Origin: Cycas panzhihuaensis
Lineage: Eukaryota > Plantae > Cycadophyta
Length of the DNA stretch: 64,000 nt
Direction: 5' to 3'
NCBI GenBank assembly: GCA_023213395.1
Contig: CM041465.1
Coordinates: 174,475,741 to 174,539,740, forward strand
Shown here: positions 53,702 through 64,000 of the stretch, piece after piece
Layout: every line of letters starts with the position of its first letter
Numbering within the stretch: the stretch's first letter is position 1
The notes under the pieces: generated by a model
Told to the model about the DNA's origin: nothing
Seen by the model: the letters and a program-made list of their open reading frames with translations, nothing else
Databases searched by the model: none
Translations under genes and position numbers: made by a program

Positions 53702-54895
53702 CAAAGTGGAAGTTTAATTAGAGGGTTGTGGTTATACATGCTTGGGTTCGAACCCATTACTATGCCACCATGAAGAACTCAAGCTTCATAGGTTAATAAT
53801 GACAATCACTGGAGTTGAAATTTTTTCCATTTCTACCATGTTTGATATTAACAAAGCAAGATTCTAACCTTCCTAATCTTGTACAATGGCTAGTTGATGA
53901 TTTGTAGGCCTACCTAACTAATCATATCATGTAGCCATTTAGGAGACTCTATATGCGATGTTTGATATATGACTACAATATATATCACAATTTGACTCCA
54001 AATTGGTGAAACATGGATAAAAAAGTGATAGTGACAACTTTATAGTTGGTCACATGCCTATTGAGGGTTAATTTTAGAGCTTTGAAGATCATATTAAGGC
54101 AAGGATAACATAGAAGACAAGTGAGGTTTTTTATCTTAATTCAAGCTGAGGTTCTTCTCATCTACTAGCAGTATGTTATCGCAATTTTGTTTTTGTAGAT
54201 GCAACAAGTAGAAGTAGATATAACTAATCCAATTTGGTTGCAAATGGTTCATGTTATAATGGATACAATGGGTTTCCAATCTAGTCGATGATATAGGCCA
54301 AAGTGGAAGTTTAATTAGAGGGTTGTGGTTATACATGCTTGGGTTCGAACCCATTACTATGCCACCATGAAGAACTCAAGCTTCATAGGTTAATAATGAC
54401 AATCACTGGAGTTGAAATTTTTTCCATTTCTACCATGTTTGATATTAACAAAGCAAGATGCTAACCTTCCTAATCTTGTACAATGGCTAGTTGATGATTT
54501 GTAGGCCTACCTAACTAATCATATCATGTAGCCATTTAGGAGACTCTATATGCGATGTTTGATATATGACTACAATATATATCACAATTTGACTCCAAAT
54601 TGGTGAAACATGGATAAAAAAGTGATAGTGACAACTTTATAGTTGGTCACATGCCTGTTGAGGGTTAATTTTAGAGCTTTGAAGATCATATTAAGGCAAG
54701 GATAACATAGAAGACAAGTGAGGTTTTTTATCTTAATTCAAGCTGAGGTTCTTCTCATCTACTAGCAGTATGTAATAGCAATTTTGTTTTTGTAGATGCA
54801 ACAAGTAGAAGTAGATATAACTAATCCAATTTGGTTGCAAATGGTTCATGTTATAATGGATACAATGGGTTTCCAATCTAGTCGATGATATAGGC
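53702..54895. repeat. 597-bp tandem duplication, about 99% identical
   Basis: 53702-54298 vs 54299-54895; about 4 substitutions seen. Confidence 0.97.
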
Positions 54896-55269
54896 CAAGA
54901 CTCAATTGTTCTTGTAATTGTATTCCTAGTGAATGAATGCCCTGGTAATGATAAATCAAGCTATGTGAAGCTTGTGGTTTAGCCCAAACTCTCACTTAGA
55001 TGGATAAGGGTGAGCTAGTTGAATCATCCATAGAAGTTGTCACAAGGTGGGACTAGAACAAGGGAGTTGTTGCCACACGGAACTTAGGTACATGATGTTG
55101 GCATTCTGATGAGGACATGACTAGGGTCAAGGACAAAGACAATAGCCTAAGAGACTAGTGTAATACAACATGAATAGAACCATTCATAGGAGTCGCCACT
55201 GGGTGGGACTTGAATAAAGAAGTTGCTGCTAGATGACGAGGTGAAGATTAGTGAACTCTATACATGTAG

Positions 55270-58200
55270 TGTTGGGTATGTCAAACATTTTGCATGTTTT
55301 ACATGGGTATAGGCATTATGCTTAAGCCCCAATTTACAGGGTCCATGTGTGGGGGACCAACATGACTAACATGGGTTTGTACCCATGGTATTGTAATATG
55401 CTTGGTGGTTTCTTATAAAACTATGCCTATATATACTTGTGTAGTGTAGAGGCAAATAGAGGATTAGGGTTTTGAGTGATGGGAATCTATAATTCTTTAG
55501 CTATTGTTCTAAATAATAAAATGACCTATCATCATACTTGAAACTCTGTGTTATTCTTGATGATGTGCTTGAGTTATTTTTCTTGCATTGTTACAAGTTT
55601 TTTTAATCACATTGCTTCTCTGTTTGATTTTCTCTTTTGAATTAGAACATTTTATAAGCTTGAAGCAAGCACTATTTGTGTTAGATATAGCAGTCCAACC
55701 ATTGCAAAGAGTCGCAATGAGGCATACGAGACTTGTTGATTAAGAAGACTATGCTATGGCATTAGAGATTGGGCCATATTGGAGAACAAGGCCTCTATGA
55801 TTTGTACTCCAAAGGTGTGGCAAAAGGTATCTCTAATATTGATTGCTCCTTTGATTTTGAATTTGGTTAATATTGAATTTGCGACAAACAAAATCGAGTG
55901 AAGTTTCCCATTAGCACAAAAAGAGCAAATGGGATTTTGCAATTGATACACAATGATGTGTTTAGACCTGTTGATGTATCTTCATTGGGTAGGTCCAATT
56001 ATTTTGTTACTTTTATAGATGCTTTCTTGAGAAATACATGGGTGTACTTTCTTAGGTAGAAATCTTAAGTTTTTAGCAAGTTCAAGGAGTTTAAGGCCTT
56101 GATGGAAAATTAGACTGATAAGGAGATCAAGGTGCTAAGAATTGATAATGGAGGCAAATTTTTCTCAAATGAGTTTGAATAGTTTTGTAAGTAATGTATA
56201 ATAACAAGGTAGAAGACAACTTCGTATACAACACAACAAAATGGAGTTGTAAAACATATGAACAAAACCTTATTGGAAAGATAAGGAGTATGCCTAGTGC
56301 TACTAGTTTAAAAAATAAATTCTAGGCTAAGGCTGTGATGACTATGAGCTACATGACAAATAGATCACCAACAACAACTCTGGTTAATAAGACCCCTCAA
56401 GAGGTTTGGATTGGTAAGAAACCATCTCTTGGTCATCTTAGAGTCTTTAGTTGTGAAACTTTTGTGCATGTTTCTAGCTTGTAGAGGACTAAGCTTGATT
56501 ACAAGGCACAACAGTGTATTTTCATTGGCTATGGTGATGGCATAAAAGGTTATAGGCTTTATAACTCAAAATCACAAAACGTTGCATATTGTTGTGATGT
56601 GGTCTTTAGAGAGGAATTCAAGTCTCTAAAGCTGAAAGAAGAACCAAAGAAGCATGATTCTAAAAAGGTGTGATTCGAGTCTGGAGATGAAGATTTTGCA
56701 CCAAATATGAATTGGCTAAAGAAAATGAACCAACTGAGGAGGTGGCTCAACCTCAAGAGACTTGTCTTGAGGAGATCAACTCTAGCGAGAAGACAACCTG
56801 ACAGGCATACTCTTGAGGACTTTTGTTTTTCTTTTATTATATCTGCTACATATGATGATTCAAGGACTATTTAAGAGGTACTTGAATCAAAAGGGAGCAA
56901 GTTCTAGAAGGCGGCCATGGATGATGCAATGTTGGCCTTGGACAAAAACAGAACATGGGATTTGGTCAAGTTGCGTAGTGGTAGAAAATCTATTGAGAAT
57001 AAATGGCTCTTCAAGAAGAAGTACAGGGCAGATAGTACCATGGGAAAGTACAAAGCCCGATTGGTAGCAAAAGGTTATTCCTAGGTGAAGAGAATAGACT
57101 TTAGTGAGGATTTTTCTCCTATTGTAAAGCTAACATCAATCAGATTTTTGTTGGCTATGCCAGTTGTTCGTGATCTTGAGGTGGAATAGATGGATGTGAA
57201 TATAACATTTCTTCATGGTGACCTCGAAGAAGAAGTTTATATGTTACAGTCATAAGGTATCAAAGTTACAAGAAGAAGTTGGTGTGTATATTAAAAAAGT
57301 CCATTTATGGTTTGAAGCAATTGCTAAGGATGTGCTATCAAAAGTATGATACACGTGTTAGGAGACAAGATTGAATGCAACAAAGTTGATTACTGCATTT
57401 GCTACAAATAGGTTGGTAATCATTTTCTTATCTTGGTTTTGTGTGGTGATGACATTCTACTAATTGCTTACAACAAAAGAATGATCAATGTTATCAAATC
57501 CCAATTGGCATCTCACTTTGAGATGAAAGATCTTGGTGAAATACAGTTTTGTCTGGGCATTGAAATTATGAGAAATAGACAGAATAGGAAAATATGGCTA
57601 AGCTAGAGGAGATATATCAAACTAATATTGTGGAGATTTAGGTTGTAGTATTGAAAACTTATCAATGTTCCTATTCCTATTGGATCAAAACTATTAGTCA
57701 AACAATGTCCAAAGACTCAACAAGATATTGAGGACATGTCTTTTATCCCTTATGCAAATATTGTGGCAAGTCTAATGTATGCTATGGTCTGTACTAGGCT
57801 AGACATTGCTGATGTAGTGGGAGTTGTGAGAAGGTATATATCAAATCTAGGTAGACAACACATGCTTGTTGTGAAGAGAATCTTTAGATACCTACGAGGC
57901 ATGCTAGACTATGCAATTTGGTACCAAGGAAGACCCAAGTGGAATAGAGCAGTGGATTTATAAGGTTTTGTTGATATAGGTTGGGTCAGAGATCTCGACA
58001 ACAAAAGATTCACAAGCAGTTATGTATTTAACTTGTTTGGTGGCACAGTTAGTTGGATGAGCAGACGACAATTAGTTGTTGCACTCTCAAGCATAGAAAT
58101 TGAATATATGGCAACAACTCATGCATGCAAAGAAGTTGTTTTATTATAGAGATTGTGCATATATGTTGGTTTTATGCATAAAGCTATGAGGATAGATTGT

Positions 58201-58752
58201 GATAGTCAAAGTGCAATTTGTTTAGCCAAGAACCCTATATTTCATACTTGATCGAAGCATGTTGATAAGCAGTATTATTTTGTGAGAGAGATGGTGGAGA
58301 ATCACAAAGTGTTTTTGCAAAAATGTGATACACAAGAATGTTGCCAACTGATTGACCAAGTCTATTAGTACATAAAAGTTTACTTGGTGTAGGAAACCAA
58401 TGGGTGTTTATGATTTTGGCACTCAATAGTTTGTGTATGTAGATCCTTCACAAAGTATTCAACAAGTGAAAGAATGTTAGATATGTTGAACACTTTACAC
58501 GTTTTACACTTTACATGTTTTACGTGGGTATAGGCATTACACCTAAGCCCTTCTCTGTAGCGACCGACATGGTTTTGTACCCATAGTATTATAATACTGA
58601 TTGGTAGTTTCTTATAAAGTTGTGCCTATACTTGTGTAGTGTAGAGACAAATAGAGGAGTGCCTACTCTAAAATTCTTTAGCTATTGATGTGCTTGAGTT
58701 ATTTCTTTTGCGCTATTATAAGTTCTTTTTATTGCATTGCTTCTCTGTTCTT
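55270..58752 (+). mobile_element. Ty1/copia deletion derivative lacking gag and protease (Tnt1/Tork-like RT)
   Basis: LTRs 55270-55649 and 58475-~58752 (truncated); integrase LRIDNGGKF; RT PYANIVASLMYAMVCTRLDI; RNase H to ~58420; PPT aagtgaaagaa. Confidence 0.88.
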
Positions 58753-59142
58753 TATTTCTTTTTTTTTTATGGAGGACCTCTTAGCCAACTAGCGAGTGCA
58801 ATGACGAGTTACCCATGCACACTAGCAAAGAGTCTCTCTTCCATATAGACATCATCTAATCAATTTGTTTTTAATTGTTGTGATAAGTTATGTATACAAG
58901 GGATCTTCCTAGTAAATTGACAAGTACAAATGTTGGTTACACATGTACATCAATAGATGCTAGATTTCCTATAGAGACATGACCTTATGATTTTGTTATG
59001 TTAGTGTCCTACAAACATGTTGGCTATTGTTTTGGGATGAAATAACCAATATGTACTCTAGGAGAGATGATGGAATATGTAAATATGTAGTTGTGGCATG
59101 CCCACTGACATAAAACAAAAAATATAGTAGCTACATCATAAA

Positions 59143-59972
59143 TGTTGACTTGCTGGGGGTATCTTATTGCACTTACGAGATACCCCTTGCTACACTTGTC
59201 AAGGTTACAGTAGCTATAGTCTAGTTCGAATCATCAACATGGTCATTCACATACATTCCACATACATTCCATATATAATTCACGAATGGTACACAACAAG
59301 ATGCAATCAATACATACTCAATAAATCATCATTGCAACACCAAGAATACACCAATTTCCACATAACTCTTCCTTTTATTAAGTCAACAGTTCATTTACAC
59401 GGAGGCTGGAATGCATTCTGAGCATTCCAAGGTGATACAATCTTTCTGTTACAATGCGTGCCGGATGGTACTTATCATACGATGATGCTCCAAATGGTTG
59501 TCATGCGTCTTGGCTCCTGCACCTTTGCGTGCAGTGATATCAGGCTCTCACCCTAACCGGGTGAATCATCGTACCTCCTTAAGTACTCATCTTTGGTACC
59601 TTTTGGTGAAGGGTTATGGTACTGTCATATAGTACCTTCAGTCATGCGTACCCTTTCACTTAAACACTTGTTTGGCCTTAATTAATCCGTCCTTTGAGTC
59701 CATACGTCCGTACGTATGTCTGGCACCTCCTCAGGTCTTCACTGGTCCCCTTGAGTCATGCGTACCGCTTCTGCTCGGTTCCGTTCCGCCGTTGGTACGT
59801 ATCTATCATACGTACCCATTCTAGGTACGCACCTGTCATATGTACCCAGAATGCTAGTTTTTCTGCCGTTTTGCCTCGTGCGTACCTCCGTACAGTCCGT
59901 ACCTGCACAACTCAGGTTATCTGACCTACCTCTGGTCCTCACACAGCCATTGGATCACTTTTGACTCCAACA
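59143..59972 (-). repeat. 3' LTR
   Basis: tgttg...caaca termini; preceded on minus by gggataga as at 18427; many cgtacc motifs. 59989 is an alternative end. Confidence 0.65.
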
Positions 59973-60085
59973 TCTATCCCGGGTCAACAGTTATGGGTTT
60001 GAGCATCCTTGCTCAACAAAACTCAAAAATTCAAAATTTCGGGGTATCCCTCCCCCACTCTGTCTCAAGGTGGCTCCTGCTGCCT

Positions 60086-61136
60086 CTATCCTCCCAAAAT
60101 TTCCTCGTTTATCTGTGTCAGGGTGGCAATAATGGCATCCTTCTCCTTTATTTTGTCCTGTAGGGCCGCTATCTCTGCTTTGTACCCCGCCTCCATGTCC
60201 TGAATCATTTGGATGATGGGTCCTGCTTTATCCTGCGGTGTAGGAGGTGCGGAAGGTTCTCCTGCCTCTGTTGCTGGTGGGAAGTCTTCCCATTCTTCCC
60301 AGGATGTACCTTCCTCCTCCTCTTCTTCTTCTGTTTCTTCTTCCCCTTTCTTCCTCTTCCCACGACGATGAACAGCTTGCTTCGTCCGATGAGGGATAGG
60401 TGTTCCTGGTGTTTTTACGTGGCCGTGTAAGCACCTTTGCATCCGCTTTTGAACTCTCCGCTTTGCTTCGGTGGTTGTTGTGTCTAGAAATTACGCTACC
60501 CATTGTTTGATAATTGGCTCCAGGAGAGATGGTAGTTACGGTCAATCGAACTTCGGACCTTTGGTAGAATAATATTGCGGAAGCAATGAAGGATGGCGGA
60601 ATGGATGTGTCCGAATTTCACATAGCTTCTTGTCTCATGTTTTCCGCCAAAAATTCACCAATTCAACCTTTCTCCATCCCGAATTTTTAACAATACCGCA
60701 TCATGCCTCCCACGGATGTAGGTATACTTCCTCTTTGACAAAACACGGAATTAATTACTTTGGCCACCTTTGAAGTCTCCCATCCATAATGTCGGCTACC
60801 ACAGTTCCACCGGACATAATTTGAGTGTTAGGTGGCATAGTTCCTCGACCACATTTCCGGTCTACCTCAGGCCTCTTAGTTCCCAATGGAACCTCTCCCT
60901 CCTTGGGAAGTCTAGTGATAGTATGGACTATGTCGCGTCCATTTTGACCTTCTGGCATGCGCCTTTAGGGCCATTAGGATGTGGTCCATCAATTCAGGGT
61001 CATAATACATGGGGTTACAATAGATGTAGTCTCCCCAGCGTGCCTGCTTAACTTTGGCCTGAAATGCAGCTAGTAGAGCTTGGAGATCTTGCTTCAACTT
61101 TGGTATATAAGCCTCTTGGCACCCTGCTGTCCTCAT
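60086..61136 (-). pseudogene. Frameshifted accessory ORF (~350 aa) between pol and the 3' LTR; unknown function
   Basis: Joins ORFs 60912-61262, 60755-60958, 60228-60545 and 60086-60442; ITRLPKEGEVP motif, basic then acidic tract, C-terminal heptad pattern. Confidence 0.65.
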
Positions 61137-61349
61137 AATGGCTGTGGAGTCCCAGAGATAAGAAAGAAACCAAAGCGTACAGCTAGAACCACACATACAT
61201 ACCTCTGTCGAATGCTTGTCGTTCTTGCGTACTGTGATGCGTACCGGGGCAGTGTCTTGCATGCCGTTTTCCGCAATTCGTTCTGCGCTGCGTACCTCAC
61301 GGGAATGCTCGTAGGTACGTAATAATTTGTTGTTTTGCGGATTTTTGTC

Positions 61350-61765
61350 TTATACGTACCCTTAGTACGTATAGTGTTAAGAGCTTTCATTATACGTACT
61401 CGATTGCGTACTTTCTTCGGTACGTATAATGTAACTAGTCACTTGAGTATCATTTACACAGTGCGTACCCGATTACGTACTTTGTTGGTACGTATAATGT
61501 AGTTTTTAACTTACTCTCTTTTGCCTTTGTGCGTGCACGATTGCATACTTTTCGGTGCGTATAATGTAATTGAGCCACTTAAAAGTTATTTACCTTTGTG
61601 CATACACACTGCGTACTTTCAGTGCGTAAAGTGTAATTCGAAGTCACTTTTAAACTATCGTGCTTTAGTGAATTCCTTTGGTGCGTATAGTATATTTTCA
61701 ATTTTATCAACTGTTTCAATATGCGTGCAGTAACATACCTTTTTGGTACGTGCATAATGTAATTT
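61350..61765. repeat. Degenerate tandem array of ~42-bp hairpin-forming units, period ~60-70 bp
   Basis: Units like gtgcgtac.cgattrcgtacttt..ggtrcgtataatgtaa at 61391, 61461, 61529, 61598, 61657 and 61721, plus a partial unit at 61351. Confidence 0.85.
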
Positions 61766-61988
61766 CTTGTATGCTTAGATGAATTTCCCTCGATTTTTCT
61801 CGGATTATCTTTGTTGTTACTTATATCGATTAATGAGTTACGGTTATTTTTTATTTTTTCCAATTTTTTTTTTTCTATTTTTTGTATCCATACCGAACTG
61901 GATCATGGCTCGGTATTAAGGCAGTCGGTTGCCTCAACATCATGCAATACAATATGGTACAACCGGCTGATCCTGCTGGTAGGCTGGG

Positions 61989-64000
61989 CTACTCAATGTA
62001 AGGCTTGAGTCTGCTACCATTTACCCGAGTTGGTAGCAGAGGTCCATCGATCTCTCGAAGCTGCACCGATCCATTCTCAAAAATTCTTTCTGCGATGTAT
62101 GGTCCTAACCACTGCATCTTGAGTTTCCCGGGGTGCGTTTTGAATTTGCTGTCATACAGCAACACTTGATCACCTTCGTCGAATTGGGGTTTCCGTAGAT
62201 GGCGGTCGTGCCATGCTTTCTGTCGCCGTTTTTCGATATGTTGTAACCAGTTTGCTAGGCGTCTTTTCTCTTCCAACCATATTAAGTCTTCCAGTCGTCG
62301 TTCCAAAGACTGGAGGTCGTCTAATCGACATTGTATTGCCACTCGTAAGTTGGGTATCTCAAACTCTGTCGGAAGAATGGCTTCCGTGCCATATACAAGC
62401 TGAAATGGGGTCTGTCCAATTGACCTTTTGTATGTCGTACGAAAGGCCCATAGTACGGAGGGTAACTTCTCATTAATCCGATCTGATGTCGCATATCTTT
62501 ATAGCGATTTCGATTATTTTGTTCGAGCTTTTTTCTTGGCCATTGGCTCTTGGGTAGTAGGGAGTTGATTTCCGATGGCTAATCATGAAGGCGGTTGTCA
62601 ATGTTTCAATAGTTTGGTTGAGGAAGTGGGCACCTTGGTCACTGACGATCTCCAAAGAGCATCCAAATCGCATAATTATTACCTCATACAGAAATCTTGC
62701 TGTGCTTTCTGCATCGGTTTTTCGTAACGCGTGTGCTTCCACCCATTTTGTCGTATAATCGGTTGCCACCAGAATGTATCGAGCTTTTGATCTCCGCGCC
62801 GCTGGTTTGATTGGCCCCACAAAGTCGAGCCCCCATCTTTCGAACGGTGCCAAAGGTAATATGGGATGCAACGGTTGGAAATCCTGTCGGTTAGGTTTCC
62901 CCACGCGTTGGCAATAATCACATGTTTGAATCCATTTTTTGACATCTTCGAACATTGATGGCCACCAGAATCCCGACGTCAAGATCTTCCGCCATGTGGC
63001 CACCCGCTACTCCATGTGCCTGGGACATGATCTGGTTTGTCTCATGCTGTCGAACACAACGTCGCAATACATCATCTGGCCCCAATTTGTACAACTTGCT
63101 GCTGATAAGCTGATACGGCTCTGCTTTTCTGATGAAATTTCTTTTCCCCGTACGATCTAACTCTGCTGGCACTTCTCCGGTCACTAGATACTCTGGTATT
63201 CCCTCATACCAGTCTGTTGGAACTGCTTCCACGCTGAACAGAGCTACGTCTGGAAAATCATCTGGTATCCCCATGGCTTTTTCTCCGTTTTTTATTCTCG
63301 ACAGCTGATCTGCAATGATATGGGCTTTGCCGGGTTTCACAATGATTTTGAATGAGAATTCATGAAACAACATTAACCATCTACTGATTCTTCCCCGCAT
63401 AATCGATTTATTTACTAGATACATCAGGGCTTGGTGGTCGACGAAAAACAGGAATGGATTGGATAACAAATAATGTCAAAACTTTTGCAATGCATAAACC
63501 ATGCCGAGTGCTTCCCTTTAAAATCGTATAATTACCTTTCGACTCTCGTAAGTTTTCGATGGCAAAATAGATTGGATGATCTGCTTTATCATCATTTGGG
63601 TTGTGCCATACGCATCCAATAGCGTGTTGTGACGCATCCACATGAGCGTGAAAAGTTTTCGTCCAATCACGGAAATCGCAGATAGTAACCTTTGCTACAA
63701 TGGCCTGTTTCAATGTTTCAAATGCTCGTTACTGATCTCTTGTCCATATCCATTCAATATTCTTTTTCAGCAATTCTTCGGAGGTCGGATATATATGCAT
63801 ACCCTCTGATAAATTTTCTATAATATCCTGTCAAACCCAGAAAACCTTTCAGCTGTTTTCTTGTAATCGGTGTCGCAAAATGTAGAATGGCAGACACTTT
63901 TGCTGGATCTATTAGCAATCCTTCTTTGCTGACTATATGCCCTAAGAGGTTTCCAAAGGGTACCAGAAATGTACACTTTTCTGGATTGAGACACAGTTTA
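61989..64000 (-). pseudogene. Gypsy pol (RT end, RNase H, integrase), frameshifted
   Basis: HVDASQHAIG, FFVDHQALMYLVNK, PFERWGLDFVGPI, IVSDQGAHF, GKLKMQWLGPY, RVNGSRLKPY. Confidence 0.93.

Larger units (their letters stand above)
59143..64000 (-). mobile_element. Non-chromoviral Ty3/gypsy (Athila-like pol layout, no second RNase H seen), 3' part, runs off the window
   Basis: RT, RNase H, integrase order on minus; then repeat array, accessory ORF and LTR; CpG-rich throughout. Confidence 0.9.

Noticed and set aside
59137-59995. Possible solo LTR or TIR element bounded by cataaatgttgac / gtcaacagttatg
   Set aside because: No TSD, and comparison with 18426 places the LTR edge at 59972 after ggataga.
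61350-61765. CRISPR-like repeat-spacer appearance
   Set aside because: Repeats are degenerate, spacers resemble one another, there are no cas genes, and the array lies inside a plant retrotransposon.

Overview
Eukaryotic, AT-rich, CpG-depleted DNA, most likely intergenic heterochromatin of a large-genome land plant (organism is inference only). No host gene, rRNA/tRNA gene or CRISPR array is supported. The window is a stack of roughly 16 nested, mostly decayed LTR retrotransposons or fragments. Left to right: a chromoviral Ty3/gypsy 3' end inserted in a minus-strand Ty1/copia (1-5698); a gag-protease-only gypsy remnant split by a short-LTR chromovirus (7981-16087, TSD gtcac/gccac) that carries its own insertion; the 3' end of a non-chromoviral gypsy (17828-19370); a copia (22056-30567) split by pol-less element D (25333-29664, TSD gaaga); a chromovirus whose 3' LTR is split by pol-less element E (33265-35901, flanked by a 142-bp duplication); minus-strand copia A (37686-51007, TSD taatt) holding a same-family plus-strand copia B (40668-48007, TSD gatgt/gatgc); a fold-back at a PPT/LTR junction; a 597-bp near-perfect tandem duplication; a gag-less copia (55270-58752); and a CpG-rich non-chromoviral gypsy with a hairpin-repeat array and an extra ORF (59143-64000). 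The strongest unexplained signal is a ~390-nt multi-stem RNA structure with compensatory changes, conserved at the end of the ~2-kb leaders of copia A and B just upstream of gag (candidate IRES or packaging element). All alignments and folds were done by eye; internal boundaries are approximate.
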